Notes under the pieces: generated by a model
The model's input: only the letters and a program-made list of their open reading frames with translations
The model's database searches: none
What the model was told of the DNA's origin: nothing
Shown here: positions 52,057 to 62,482 of the stretch, piece by piece
Numbering within the stretch: position 1 is the stretch's first letter
How the letters are laid out: each line of letters opens with the position of its first letter
Made by a program: the position numbers and the translations under genes
Assembly (NCBI GenBank): GCA_026391775.1
Contig: JAPLDK010000011.1
Span: 77,066-141,065 of the forward strand
Reading direction: 5' to 3'
Source: Bacteroidota bacterium
Lineage (GTDB): Bacteria; Bacteroidota; Bacteroidia; Bacteroidales; FEN-979
DNA: 64,000 nt

Positions 52057-54888
52057 ATGAAAAAATTTAACCCCGATGTACTCGACCCCAAGGACTATAT
52101 AATAATAAAAGGCGCAAGGGTTAACAATCTCAAGAACATCAGCCTTGCCATACCCAGAAATAAATTTATAGTAATTACCGGGCTTTCCGGTTCGGGAAAA
52201 TCTTCACTGGCTTTTAATACACTGTATGCTGATGGCCAGAGAAGGTATGTTGAAAGCCTGAGTGCATATGCAAGGCAGTTTCTTGGCCGGATGAGCAAAC
52301 CCGATGTGGACTATATCAAGGGCATTGCCCCGGCTATTGCAATCGAGCAAAAAGTAAACACACTGAATCCCAGGTCCACTGTAGGCACATCAACCGAGAT
52401 TTATGAATATATAAAATTGCTTTTTGCCCGTATTGGTACAACGTATTCACCTGTTTCAGGGGAAATGGTCAAGCGCGACACGGTTTCGGATGTTGTGGAC
52501 TTTATCTTATCGTTGCCCGGACAAACAAAAGTCAGCATATATGCTCCTGTTTCACTGACTGCATCAAATGGCGACCTGAGATCCAAATGTAATGTCCTTC
52601 TGCAGCAGGGATTTACAAGGATTCTTATTGACGGTGAGATTATCAGGGTTGAAGATGCCATGGAAATGAGCAAAAAGCCTTTTTCTTCCTTATCGGTCCT
52701 CATTGACCGCATCATTGTGAAACATGAAGATCAGGATCTTGCAGGCAGGCTTGCCGACTCGGTACAAACGGCATATTTCGAAAGCCATGGTTACTGCAAC
52801 TTGGAATGGATAAACGGATCAACCTCAAATCGTTCATTTTCCAACAAATTTGAAGCTGACGGCATTGTATTTGAAGCACCATCAGTGAATCTTTTCAGTT
52901 TCAACAACCCATACGGTGCATGTAAAACATGTGAAGGATTCGGAAACATCATTGGTATTGACGAAGACCTGGTTGTCCCAAACAAGAATCTTTCCGTTTT
53001 CGAAGAAGCCATCGCTTGCTGGAGAGGTGAGAAAATGAGTGAATGGAAGAACGAACTTGTGATGAATGCCTACAAATTTGACTTCCCTGTTCACAAGCCC
53101 TTTCATGAGCTGTCCGAAGAGCAGAGAGCCTTGCTTTGGAGCGGCAATGAATATTTTCATGGCCTCAGGGATTTCTTTGATTTCATTGAAAGTCAGAACT
53201 ACAAGGTTCAGTACCGTGTGATGATGTCGAGATACCGTGGTAAAACTGGTTGCCCTGACTGCAAGGGAACAAGGCTCAGGAAAGATGCAGCCTACGTTAA
53301 GATCAACGGGAAGTCGGTACTTGACATGGTTCTGATGCCGGTAACCCGGCTAAGCAGATTCTTCCGTGAGCTCAGGCTTGGTGAGCATGAAAAGACTATC
53401 TCCAAACGCCTTCTCATTGAAATTAATAACCGTCTGGATGTCCTGAACGATGTCGGGCTGGGATACCTGACCCTGAACCGTCTCTCTTCCTCTCTCTCGG
53501 GAGGCGAATCGCAGAGGATAAACCTGTCGACAGCCCTCGGCAGCAGCCTCGTAGGTTCAATGTACATACTGGATGAACCCAGTATCGGGCTGCACCCCAG
53601 GGATACACAAAGGCTTATAAAAGTTCTTATGAGATTAAGGGACCTTGGCAACACGGTTATCGTGGTTGAGCATGACGAAGAGATCATCAGGTCAGCCGAT
53701 GAGATCATCGATATAGGTCCGCTGGCAGGCCGGAATGGCGGAGAAGTCATTTTCCAGGGAAATTTCAAGTCGCTTGTGAAGGATAAAAAAAGCCTCACAG
53801 GCCGTTACCTGAGCCGGGATTTGAAAATTGAAGTACCTCTCAGACGAAGAAAATGGAAAGAATCCATCCTGGTCAGAGGAGCCCGTGAAAACAACCTCAA
53901 GAACATTGATGTAAAAATCCCCCTGCATGTGATCACAGCAATCACAGGAGTGAGTGGAAGTGGCAAGACATCCCTTGTCAAAAGGGTCCTTTATCCCAGC
54001 CTGAAGAAAATTTATGGAGGATATGGGGAAAAGACCGGCAAATTCGACAGGCTGGACGGCGACATCAGCCGCGTAGGCGCAGTTGAGCTTGTAGACCAGA
54101 ATCCTATAGGCCGTTCCTCCCGGTCAAATCCCGCTACTTATATAAAGGCCTTCGATGATATCCGCAGCCTGTTTGCAGATCTACCTCTGGCCAGGGCAAG
54201 GGGATACAAGCCGGGATATTTTTCGTTTAATATTGAAGGGGGAAGGTGCGAGGAATGCGAGGGAGAAGGGGTTGTTAAAATAGAAATGCAATTCATGGCC
54301 GACATCTACCTTACTTGTGAAAGCTGCAAGGGGAAGAGGTTCAGGGAAGAGGTATTGGATGTCAAACTAAAGGAAAAGAACATTGTCGATATCCTTAATA
54401 TGACAGTGGATGAAGCTATTGATTTCTTCGGAAAGGAGAGCAAACATGCCGGAGAGAAACGTATTGCTTCAAGGCTTAAATCACTTCAGGATGTCGGCCT
54501 CGGGTACCTTCATCTGGGGCAGTCTTCTTCAACTTTATCAGGGGGCGAAGCCCAGCGTATTAAACTTGCCTTCTTTTTATCGAAAGGCGCTACCGAAAAG
54601 CCTACCCTCTTTATTTTCGATGAACCCACGACAGGCCTTCACTTTCACGACATCCACAAACTCCTTATATCATTTGAATCACTTATACAGCACGGGCATT
54701 CGGTACTGGTCATAGAACACAATCAGGAAGTCGTCAAATTTGCCGATTGGGTAATCGATCTCGGAAAAGAGGGTGGAGATCCAGGTGGATATATTGTTTT
54801 TGAAGGCACTCCCGAAGGACTTGCGGCATGCAATGACTCCTATACAGGATTCTATCTAAAGGAAAAAATTTATACCGGGCCCAGGTAG
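52057..54888 (+). CDS. uvrA: Excinuclease ABC subunit A
   Basis: [14 protein letters not shown], two Walker A sites ([22 protein letters not shown]), LSGGE signatures and zinc-finger Cys pairs. The upstream TTG start at 52036 lies inside the -7 motif TAATTTTG (52031-52038), so the ATG at 52057 is preferred. Confidence 0.95.
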   Translation: MKKFNPDVLDPKDYIIIKGARVNNLKNISLAIPRNKFIVITGLSGSGKSSLAFNTLYADGQRRYVESLSAYARQFLGRMSKPDVDYIKGIAPAIAIEQKVNTLNPRSTVGTSTEIYEYIKLLFARIGTTYSPVSGEMVKRDTVSDVVDFILSLPGQTKVSIYAPVSLTASNGDLRSKCNVLLQQGFTRILIDGEIIRVEDAMEMSKKPFSSLSVLIDRIIVKHEDQDLAGRLADSVQTAYFESHGYCNLEWINGSTSNRSFSNKFEADGIVFEAPSVNLFSFNNPYGACKTCEGFGNIIGIDEDLVVPNKNLSVFEEAIACWRGEKMSEWKNELVMNAYKFDFPVHKPFHELSEEQRALLWSGNEYFHGLRDFFDFIESQNYKVQYRVMMSRYRGKTGCPDCKGTRLRKDAAYVKINGKSVLDMVLMPVTRLSRFFRELRLGEHEKTISKRLLIEINNRLDVLNDVGLGYLTLNRLSSSLSGGESQRINLSTALGSSLVGSMYILDEPSIGLHPRDTQRLIKVLMRLRDLGNTVIVVEHDEEIIRSADEIIDIGPLAGRNGGEVIFQGNFKSLVKDKKSLTGRYLSRDLKIEVPLRRRKWKESILVRGARENNLKNIDVKIPLHVITAITGVSGSGKTSLVKRVLYPSLKKIYGGYGEKTGKFDRLDGDISRVGAVELVDQNPIGRSSRSNPATYIKAFDDIRSLFADLPLARARGYKPGYFSFNIEGGRCEECEGEGVVKIEMQFMADIYLTCESCKGKRFREEVLDVKLKEKNIVDILNMTVDEAIDFFGKESKHAGEKRIASRLKSLQDVGLGYLHLGQSSSTLSGGEAQRIKLAFFLSKGATEKPTLFIFDEPTTGLHFHDIHKLLISFESLIQHGHSVLVIEHNQEVVKFADWVIDLGKEGGDPGGYIVFEGTPEGLAACNDSYTGFYLKEKIYTGPR

Positions 54889-54949
54889 CGAGCCGTTTTT
54901 TTTCCGAAAATTCTTCCTATGTTTGCGCCCAAATTAAAAACAAAAAAAC

Positions 54950-55684
54950 ATGAAGAGAACTGTATTCATTACAATTTGTTTACTGTTTGCCGGCATTTTG
55001 AATGTTTCGGCACAGAAAGGACTTTCGATAGGCGTAGGAGGTAATGTCAATGCCATTTTTATCCTGAACCAGAATGCTTACGGAATGGAAGAACTGGATT
55101 ACAAGCAATCCATCGGAGGTGCTGTCAACCTCGGAATTGGTTATAATTTCACTAACTGGCTGGGGCTTAAAACCGAAATCGGTTATACCCGAATGGGCCA
55201 GCAATACTACGACAACAAAGACAATCCTGTTGTTACAAGAAATGTAAAACTAAACTATATTACTGTTCCTCTTCTTCTCAGGTTAAGTGTTGGTGGTAAA
55301 GTTCTTCGCTTCTATATGGCAGCCGGTCCCCAATTTGCCTTCCTCACATCGGCAACGCAGGATTATCTGAAAAACGGGACTCCCCTTACAAGGTTTTACA
55401 ATCCTGAGCTTAAAGATTCTATCAATATTTCCCAGAATGATATCAAGGATAGATACCAGAGTATGGATGTCATGGCCAGGGTTGACTTTGGTCTTGATAT
55501 TATCCTTCTCCGGCATCTTGCGATTAATTTTGGTCTCTCGTCAGCTTATGGCCTCACCGACATCAATGCTTCCGCATGGAGATTAAAGAACGGCAAGGGA
55601 GAATACAAGCCCTCACACAATATGTATGCAGGTTTTAATTTTGGCATAAGATATTGTTTCGGCAGTTTTGGTAAAAAAGATTAA
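54950..55684 (+). CDS. Outer-membrane beta-barrel protein (porin / PorT-like family)
   Basis: Signal peptide, alternating-hydrophobicity strands and a C-terminal aromatic (FGIRYCF). The -7 motif TATGTTTG lies at 54918-54925. Confidence 0.7.
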   Translation: MKRTVFITICLLFAGILNVSAQKGLSIGVGGNVNAIFILNQNAYGMEELDYKQSIGGAVNLGIGYNFTNWLGLKTEIGYTRMGQQYYDNKDNPVVTRNVKLNYITVPLLLRLSVGGKVLRFYMAAGPQFAFLTSATQDYLKNGTPLTRFYNPELKDSINISQNDIKDRYQSMDVMARVDFGLDIILLRHLAINFGLSSAYGLTDINASAWRLKNGKGEYKPSHNMYAGFNFGIRYCFGSFGKKD

Positions 55685-55692
55685 ACGTTTCT

Positions 55693-57051
55693 ATGAAAAG
55701 CATTAACCCTGCTCTGAATCAGCTGATCAGGGAATATCCCGAACACAGCCAAGAAGAAGTTGCGGCCATTGTTGAAAGGACGTCCCGGTCCGGGATTTCA
55801 TGGAGGAAAACATCGTTTGCATACCGGGGAGAACTGTTCCGCAGGCTCGCCGGTATGCTTCGTTCGGATAAAGAGCGGCTCTCAAGACTGATGACGGAAG
55901 AAATGGGAAAAATCATCATGGAATCCCATGCTGAAATTGAGAAATGCGCCCTTGCCTGCGACTTTTATGCTGAACATGCCGGAAGCATGTTACAAGACGA
56001 AATTGTTGAAACGGAGGCCAGCAGGAGCCTTGTTGTTTTCCAGCCCCTGGGCGTAATATTTGCTGTAATGCCATGGAACTTCCCGTTTTGGCAGGTGTTC
56101 CGTTTTGCAGTTCCGTCCCTGATGGCAGGAAATGTTGGTTTGCTGAAGCATGCTTCCAATGTTCCCGGCTGTGCCCTGGCTATTGAAGACCTCTTCATTA
56201 AGGCAGGTTTCCCCGATAATGTGTTCAGTACCCTGATGATCCCTTCCTCGATGGTGGAAGAGGTCATTGCAAATCCTCTGGTACATGCTGTAACCCTAAC
56301 AGGCAGCGGACCGGCAGGCAGCAGTGTTGCATCCTTTGCAGCCAGATATATTAAAAAGGCTGTACTTGAACTTGGGGGCAGCGATGCCTATATCGTACTG
56401 GAAGATGCCGACCTTGAAAAAGCTGTTCGTGTGGCCGTGAACGCCCGTATGATCAACCAGGGTCAAAGCTGTATTGCAGCAAAACGGTTTATTGTTATTG
56501 AAACCCTTGTTGAAGAATTTACTTCAGGATTGGAAAAAATTGTTTCTGAATTAAAAACCGGCAACCCATTTGATCCCTCAATACAGATAGGCCCCCTGGC
56601 CCGTCCCGATCTTGTGGACGATATTGACAGACAGGTCAGGGAATCCCTTGATGCAGGCGCAAAACTGGTATGCGGAGGCAAACGCCCTAAGATGACCGGA
56701 TGCTATTATGCTCCGACCATACTCGGAAATGTAAAAAAAGGGATGCCTGCATACCATGAAGAGACCTTTGGCCCGGTATTCAGTATTATTTCTGTGACAT
56801 CAGAGGAGGAAGCTATTTCAGTCGCCAACGACAGCCAATTCGGGCTTGGTGGCAGCATCTGGACAAGGGACCTGGAGCGGGGTGAAAAACTTGCCAGACA
56901 AATCGATACAGGAGCCGTATTTGTCAACGGGATGACGAAATCGGATCCCCGCCTTCCTTTCGGGGGCGTTAAAAAATCAGGGTATGGACGTGAACTCGCG
57001 GCATACGGGATCAAAGAGTTCGTCAATATCAAGACGATCTGGATCGGATAA
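55693..57051 (+). CDS. NAD(P)-dependent aldehyde dehydrogenase (succinate-semialdehyde dehydrogenase-like)
   Basis: PWNFPFWQ, LELGGSDA and the catalytic-Cys region NQGQSCIAAKRF, plus EETFGPV and PFGGVKKSGYGRE. Confidence 0.88.
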   Translation: MKSINPALNQLIREYPEHSQEEVAAIVERTSRSGISWRKTSFAYRGELFRRLAGMLRSDKERLSRLMTEEMGKIIMESHAEIEKCALACDFYAEHAGSMLQDEIVETEASRSLVVFQPLGVIFAVMPWNFPFWQVFRFAVPSLMAGNVGLLKHASNVPGCALAIEDLFIKAGFPDNVFSTLMIPSSMVEEVIANPLVHAVTLTGSGPAGSSVASFAARYIKKAVLELGGSDAYIVLEDADLEKAVRVAVNARMINQGQSCIAAKRFIVIETLVEEFTSGLEKIVSELKTGNPFDPSIQIGPLARPDLVDDIDRQVRESLDAGAKLVCGGKRPKMTGCYYAPTILGNVKKGMPAYHEETFGPVFSIISVTSEEEAISVANDSQFGLGGSIWTRDLERGEKLARQIDTGAVFVNGMTKSDPRLPFGGVKKSGYGRELAAYGIKEFVNIKTIWIG

Positions 57052-57058
57052 AATTTTC

Positions 57059-57089
57059 TTTGCCGGTTTGCCTGGAATTAATACCTTTG
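57059..57089 (+). promoter_or_regulatory. Bacteroidota-type promoter for the tRNA gene
   Basis: TTTG (57059-57062), a 19-nt spacer, then TACCTTTG (57082-57089). The tRNA begins 16 nt downstream. Confidence 0.6.
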
Positions 57090-57104
57090 CACCCTTAAAA
57101 AAAT

Positions 57105-57178
57105 GGCGCGGTAGCTCAGCTGGTTAGAGCGTCGGATTCATAACCCGGAGGTCACGAGTTCAACTCTCGTCCGCGCTA
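57105..57178 (+). tRNA. tRNA with CAT anticodon (Met; a lysidine-modified Ile2 cannot be excluded)
   Basis: Manual cloverleaf. Acceptor GGCGCGG/CCGCGCT, D arm GCTC-AGCTGGTTA-GAGC, anticodon loop TTCATAA, variable AGGTC, T arm ACGAG-TTCAACT-CTCGT, discriminator A. CCA is not encoded. Confidence 0.88.
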
Positions 57179-57185
57179 CTAAACG

Positions 57186-57216
57186 GGCCGCCTATTAGCA
57201 AGGGCGGCCTTTTTTT
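57186..57216. terminator. Rho-independent terminator shared by the tRNA and the convergent glycosyltransferase gene
   Basis: GGCCGCC / GGCGGCC 7-bp stem with a 10-nt loop, followed by TTTTTTT. Confidence 0.8.
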
Positions 57217-57218
57217 GA

Positions 57219-58370
57219 TTACCCGCCCGCTACCTGATCGTATAGTTTCTCAAGTTCGGCCTCTTTTTTCCTGATATCCAGGGTTCCCAATGCATATTCC
57301 CGGGCCGCAATGCCAACTTTTTTGCGCAAGGATGCATCCCCGGCCAGGATGATTATAGCCCGGGTAAGTTCTTCAATATTGTTTTCCCGGATCAGCAGAC
57401 CTGTTTCATTATTCTTAATTATATAGGGGATGCCGGCATGAAAAGTGGTTATTACGGGCAGCCCCGAAGCCATAGCCTCAACAACAGCACCGGGAATCCC
57501 TTCCTTCTCGCCATTTGCCGATTGCCGGCTGGGGTGGACAAAGACATCCGCAGTCATTAATGAAGAAAAATGTTCATCAGAGCCGAACTGAACGGACCCG
57601 CAAAACTGTATACGGTCCGTTCCGGTTTCAGCAATCCGGGAACGTAATTCACCTTCAAGCTCACCTTTACCATAAATTTTCAGCCTGATTGGAACTGATG
57701 TCTGAGCGATGGCATTTACAAACGCTTTAATGAGCACATCATGACCTTTTTTCGGATCAAGCATGCTGATCATAAGGAAAGTCAGTTCACCGCTCTCCCT
57801 GTATTCACGCAAACGGTTGAACCGCAAAGTGTCAATACCGTGATAATATATCCTGATTTTACCGGCGGGACAACCCAAGGCCAGAAGGTCATTTTCCATA
57901 TCGGGCGACATAGCAGTGATCGCTTTGACCATTGGGTTATTGAAAACATTTTTCCTGAGCAGATAGCCTCCAATACCGAAGGCACGCGAAGGAAAAGCTG
58001 TACAATCATGGCCATAGAAAGAAACGAGGGAGGGAATATTCACCGATTTGAGCACCGTTGCGAAAAGGGCAGCTTCAACTCCATAGTGAATATGAGCAAG
58101 ACCGGGTTTCGTTTCCGAAAGCCTTTTAACAAGCCGATGCCTGTCAGCGGGTGCAAACAACAGCATATGATCACACAGCCATTGCCCATGCTTGGAACCA
58201 ATAGGGGACCATGTGGAATATTTTGAGGAGATCTCATTGAAAAAAGGACTCTCATTCCGCTCAGTATAGACCACGGAGGGTTCATAACGGATATGATTCA
58301 TGATCTGGTTCCTGACAAAGGATGTCATAGGAGGAAGAAAATTCCGGATCAGGTGAACAACTGATGGCAT
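57219..58370 (-). CDS. Glycosyltransferase, GT4/GT-B family
   Basis: C-terminal GT1/GT4 signature ADVFVHPS...EGIPGAVVEAMASGLPVITT. Confidence 0.88.
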   Translation of the reverse strand: MPSVVHLIRNFLPPMTSFVRNQIMNHIRYEPSVVYTERNESPFFNEISSKYSTWSPIGSKHGQWLCDHMLLFAPADRHRLVKRLSETKPGLAHIHYGVEAALFATVLKSVNIPSLVSFYGHDCTAFPSRAFGIGGYLLRKNVFNNPMVKAITAMSPDMENDLLALGCPAGKIRIYYHGIDTLRFNRLREYRESGELTFLMISMLDPKKGHDVLIKAFVNAIAQTSVPIRLKIYGKGELEGELRSRIAETGTDRIQFCGSVQFGSDEHFSSLMTADVFVHPSRQSANGEKEGIPGAVVEAMASGLPVITTFHAGIPYIIKNNETGLLIRENNIEELTRAIIILAGDASLRKKVGIAAREYALGTLDIRKKEAELEKLYDQVAGG

Positions 58371-58392
58371 ATTTGAACTATGGAGTTTTCAA

Positions 58393-59907
58393 ATGTATAG
58401 AAATTTCATTAATCTTGCATTACCGAAAAGAATGTATATGAAAGAGGAATCTTCATTTCGCAAGAGCCTGAACCTGTTTGACTCCACTGCAATTGTCATG
58501 GGATCCATGATAGGCTCCGGGGTATTCATTGTGGGTGCCGACATTGCAAGGCAGGTTGGTTCGCCGGGCTGGCTTATCATGACCTGGGTCATCACCGGCT
58601 TTCTTACTGTTTTTGCAGCCCTTAGCTATGGTGAACTCGCCGGAATGTTTCCTCATGCAGGCGGCCAATATGTTTACCTTCGTAAAGCATATAATCCTTT
58701 AACTGGTTTTCTTTACGGATGGACACTTTTCCTGGTCATTCAGACCGGTACCATTGCCGCAGTAGGCATGGCATTTGCAAAATTCACCGGCGTTCTTTTT
58801 CCCTGGGTGTCGGAAAATGTCATATGGTATAAGGCCGAATTTTTCACATACGTTTTCAAATTCGGTCCTGTTCAGATTGTGGCGATACTCTCTATTTGCA
58901 TCCTGACCTGGATCAACCTTAAAGGTGTACGGGAAGGGAAAAGAGTTCAGAACATTTTCACTTCCGGAAAATTCCTGCTCGTTCTCGGTTTTATCCTTGT
59001 GGGATTTCTCTTCGCTGCAAATTCCGGTTCCATTGCTAAAAACATGGCTATTTTCTGGGAACCTGCCGTGAAAAATTCCAGCGGACAATGGATCCCACTT
59101 ACCGGCATGACCCTTATTGCTGCTCTGGGCATGGCACAGGTTGGGAGCCTGTTTTCCTCAGATGCCTGGAATAATATAACGTTCACAGCCGCTGAGGTAA
59201 TCAACCCGAAGAAAAATATCCCTATGAGCCTGTTCCTGGGGACCTTTATTGTGACCATTCTTTTCATTCTCACCAATATGGTTTATATCACTGTTCTTCC
59301 GCTAAGGGGAGACCCGGCAGGGGTTAATGTAATTGACAAGGGAATTCAGTATGCCCTTAACGACAGGCTTGCCACAGCTGCAGTTCATAATGTTTTCGGA
59401 GTTTATGCCGCTTCCGTCATGGCCCTGTTTATCATGATCTCCACTTTCGGATGCAATAACGGACTGATACTTTCAGGAGCCAGGGTGTATTATGCCATGG
59501 CTGCCGACGGGCTGTTTTTTAAGAAAGTCGGGATACTGAATTCAAAAGGGGTTCCTGCGCTGGGGCTCGTATTGCAGGCGACATGGGCCTCTATGCTTTG
59601 TATTTCAGGGACTTACGGCCAGCTTCTCGATTACGTGGTATTTGCAGTCCTGATCTTTTATGTACTTACGATTGCCGGCATCTTCATTCTCAGGAAAAAG
59701 ATGCCTGATGCGGAAAGGCCTTACAGGGCTTTTGGGTACCCCGTAATCCCTGCAGCATATATTATCCTGGCAACGATAATTATGCTGATCCTTCTTATTT
59801 ACAAACCAGATTATACCTGGCCTGGCCTGACCATCGTTATTCTGGGGATACCAGTGTACTTTTTCTGGAAAAAAAACCCGCCTAAGCTAAGGGATCATGA
59901 TTTTTAA
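58393..59907 (+). CDS. APC-superfamily amino-acid permease
   Basis: About 12 TM segments and the N-terminal motif STAIVMGSMIGSGVF. Alternative in-frame ATGs lie a few codons downstream. Confidence 0.88.
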   Translation: MYRNFINLALPKRMYMKEESSFRKSLNLFDSTAIVMGSMIGSGVFIVGADIARQVGSPGWLIMTWVITGFLTVFAALSYGELAGMFPHAGGQYVYLRKAYNPLTGFLYGWTLFLVIQTGTIAAVGMAFAKFTGVLFPWVSENVIWYKAEFFTYVFKFGPVQIVAILSICILTWINLKGVREGKRVQNIFTSGKFLLVLGFILVGFLFAANSGSIAKNMAIFWEPAVKNSSGQWIPLTGMTLIAALGMAQVGSLFSSDAWNNITFTAAEVINPKKNIPMSLFLGTFIVTILFILTNMVYITVLPLRGDPAGVNVIDKGIQYALNDRLATAAVHNVFGVYAASVMALFIMISTFGCNNGLILSGARVYYAMAADGLFFKKVGILNSKGVPALGLVLQATWASMLCISGTYGQLLDYVVFAVLIFYVLTIAGIFILRKKMPDAERPYRAFGYPVIPAAYIILATIIMLILLIYKPDYTWPGLTIVILGIPVYFFWKKNPPKLRDHDF

Positions 59908-60718
59908 GCTGTTTCAAAAGGCCGCAACCATTCTTTTCATATTGTCACCTTTCCTGATGAAAGCACAGTGTTACCAAGGTAATACGGTTTTCGGTGACGG
60001 TGAGGATATCAGCTACACTATTCACTATAACTGGGGGCCTATATGGGTTGATGCAGGAGTGGTCACCTTTAAAGCAAAACTTGAGAAAAAGGGAGAAAAA
60101 CAGGTGTGGCATTTAACAAGCACAGGAAAGACTTTTCCCTCCTATGATGCATTGTTCAAGGTAAGGGACTATTATGATACCTGGGTGGATCCTGAAACAT
60201 TTCATACCATAAACTTCAAAAGGTACATTTACGAAGGAGGTTACACCCTCGTTAACACCCTGAATTTCGATCACGAAAAGAAAAAAATCTACTCATCCAC
60301 CAAAAGCAACAATAATCCGGTCAGATTCGACACCATTTCAATTCAGGCCTGCTCGTTTGATATGCTCGCTGCCGTATATTTTACGAGGACTATTGATATG
60401 GGACATATCCCTATGTACCAGAAAAGGCAGGTTTCGGTTGTAATTGATGACCAGGTCTACAATATATATATCAGGCCGCTTGCAAAAGAGGTGGTTGAAA
60501 ATAATGATGGGAAAAAGTACAATTGTATAAAAATGTCGGCCAAGATGGTGGAAGGGACGATTTTTAAAGGAGATGAGGACGTGCTTGTTTGGATAACCGA
60601 TGATGATAACCGTATTCCGGTATACATAGAAGCCAAGATCCTTGTTGGCACCGTTAAAGCATACCTCCATGAAGCAAAGGGCTTAAGAAATCCAATGAAA
60701 GCCCTGATCAAAAAATAA
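59897..60718 (+). CDS. Secreted protein, probably DUF3108 family
   Basis: Signal peptide and a beta-rich sequence with the pattern YTIHYNWGPIWVDAGVVTF. Assignment is from memory of the family pattern only. Confidence 0.55.
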   Translation: MIFKLFQKAATILFILSPFLMKAQCYQGNTVFGDGEDISYTIHYNWGPIWVDAGVVTFKAKLEKKGEKQVWHLTSTGKTFPSYDALFKVRDYYDTWVDPETFHTINFKRYIYEGGYTLVNTLNFDHEKKKIYSSTKSNNNPVRFDTISIQACSFDMLAAVYFTRTIDMGHIPMYQKRQVSVVIDDQVYNIYIRPLAKEVVENNDGKKYNCIKMSAKMVEGTIFKGDEDVLVWITDDDNRIPVYIEAKILVGTVKAYLHEAKGLRNPMKALIKK

Positions 60719-60731
60719 ACACTAATCTCGT

Positions 60732-61571
60732 ATGAAACTCATCGTCGACAGCGGTTCAACCAAAGCAAGCTGGGGATTGCTTGAAGGGAAAGAGCATAAA
60801 ACAACCATACATACGGCCGGGCTCAACCCATACTTCCATACCTCTGAGAGCATCACTGCTATCCTCAAAGCAGAACTTCTCCCATTCATAGTAACGGACC
60901 ATATAAGGGAAATTCATTTCTACGGAGCGGGATGCAGCACCGAAAATAATGATGAGCTGATCAGGGAAGCCTTGTTAAGCTTTTTTCATCATGCAAGGGT
61001 ATATGTATATCACGATATCCTCGGGGCTGCGAGAGCCCTGTTCGGCAACACATGCGGGATATCATGTATCCTGGGCACAGGTTGCAATTGCTGTTATTAT
61101 GATGGGAAAGAAATCAATTCCAAAGTTGATTCACTTGGATATTTGTTTGGTGATGAGGGAGCGGGTTCTTACCTGGGGAAAAAACTGATTGCCGACTACC
61201 TCAGGAAGACATTGCCCGGGGACCTTATGGAGGAATTTAACAGGATTTACAGGTTCTCACTCGAAGATATTCTGAATTCTTTATACAACCTCCCCTATCC
61301 TAACCGTTTTCTTGCCTCTTTCAGCGATTTTATGGCTCCCCGGCAGGAACATCCGTATATTCACAAACTGGTCAAAGATTCATTTCTGGCATTTTTTGAT
61401 GCACAGGTCAGACATTATGAGGGTTACCGCACACTGCCGGTGAGTTTTGTGGGTTCAATTGCCCATTATTATCATAGGATTCTTGAAGAAGCAGCATCCG
61501 GAGAAGGGATTCATATCGGATCCGTCATAAAAGCCCCGATGGAGGGTTTGCTGAGGTTTCATTCATCCTGA
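60732..61571 (+). CDS. BadF/BadG/BcrA/BcrD-type ATPase (N-acetylglucosamine kinase-like)
   Basis: MKLIVDSGSTKASW, YGAGC, ILGTGCNC and GYLFGDEGAGSYLG are ASKHA-fold phosphate motifs. Confidence 0.8.
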   Translation: MKLIVDSGSTKASWGLLEGKEHKTTIHTAGLNPYFHTSESITAILKAELLPFIVTDHIREIHFYGAGCSTENNDELIREALLSFFHHARVYVYHDILGAARALFGNTCGISCILGTGCNCCYYDGKEINSKVDSLGYLFGDEGAGSYLGKKLIADYLRKTLPGDLMEEFNRIYRFSLEDILNSLYNLPYPNRFLASFSDFMAPRQEHPYIHKLVKDSFLAFFDAQVRHYEGYRTLPVSFVGSIAHYYHRILEEAASGEGIHIGSVIKAPMEGLLRFHSS

Positions 61572-62482
61572 TCTGGCATTTCGTTGAGGATCAGATCGAG
61601 TATGGGCTTGATGTCATCAGGTCTGAACCAATGGATCTCTTTATCCTTTCTGAACCAAGTCATCTGTCGCTTGGCATACCTCCGGGTATTAGTCTTTATT
61701 TTCTCAACCGCTTCACTGTACCTCATCTTTTCGGCAAAATGATCGAATATTTCTTTATATCCCAAGGTGTTCAATGCATTGCAATCGCGGAATTTATAAA
61801 GGTCCCTGGCTTCGTCAAGCCAGCCGCTTGCAAGCATAAGGTCAACCCGTTCATTAATCCTTTTATTCAATTCTTCCCTGGGGAGTTCCAGGCCGATCTT
61901 CAGTACTTTGAAAGGACGGAGGCGGGGTTTCTGGCTGCGCAGTGAAGAATAGGGTAATCCGGTCGAAATACACACCTCGAGGGCCCTGATCAGCCGTGAA
62001 GCATTATTCAAGTCGACAGTTCCATGATAAATCGGATCCAGGTTGAGCAGCTTTTCCTGCAAAGCCTGAATGCCTTTCTCAGCCAGCAATTCCTTTAATT
62101 CAGTTCTAAGCTGTGGTTCAGGGTCGGGAAGTACATCAATACCATGACAAACCGCATGAATATATAAGCCAGAGCCCCCGGTCATTATAATTACAGGGTA
62201 GGTATTAAAAAGCACGTCGAGACGGTCAAGTGCATCTTTTTCAAACCGTGATACATTATAGGAATCTGTTACAAGTAAATGGCCCACGAAATGATGAGGT
62301 ATCCCGGCAAGCTGGTCCTCTGAGGGGTAAGCCGTCCCGATCTTCATTTCTTCGTAAAACTGTCTGGAGTCTGCCGAAATGATCTCCGTTTTCAGGAATT
62401 TTGCAAGCTCAATGGCAAGGGCTGTCTTCCCTGAAGCGGTCGGACCGCAAATTACAATAAGAAGTTTTTTCTCAATAGTCAT
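61559..62482 (-). CDS. miaA: tRNA dimethylallyltransferase
   Basis: P-loop ICGPTASGKTALAIELA, ISADSRQFY, and MTGGSGLY. ATG at 62482 preferred over the upstream ATG at 62545. Confidence 0.92.
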   Translation of the reverse strand: MTIEKKLLIVICGPTASGKTALAIELAKFLKTEIISADSRQFYEEMKIGTAYPSEDQLAGIPHHFVGHLLVTDSYNVSRFEKDALDRLDVLFNTYPVIIMTGGSGLYIHAVCHGIDVLPDPEPQLRTELKELLAEKGIQALQEKLLNLDPIYHGTVDLNNASRLIRALEVCISTGLPYSSLRSQKPRLRPFKVLKIGLELPREELNKRINERVDLMLASGWLDEARDLYKFRDCNALNTLGYKEIFDHFAEKMRYSEAVEKIKTNTRRYAKRQMTWFRKDKEIHWFRPDDIKPILDLILNEMPDQDE

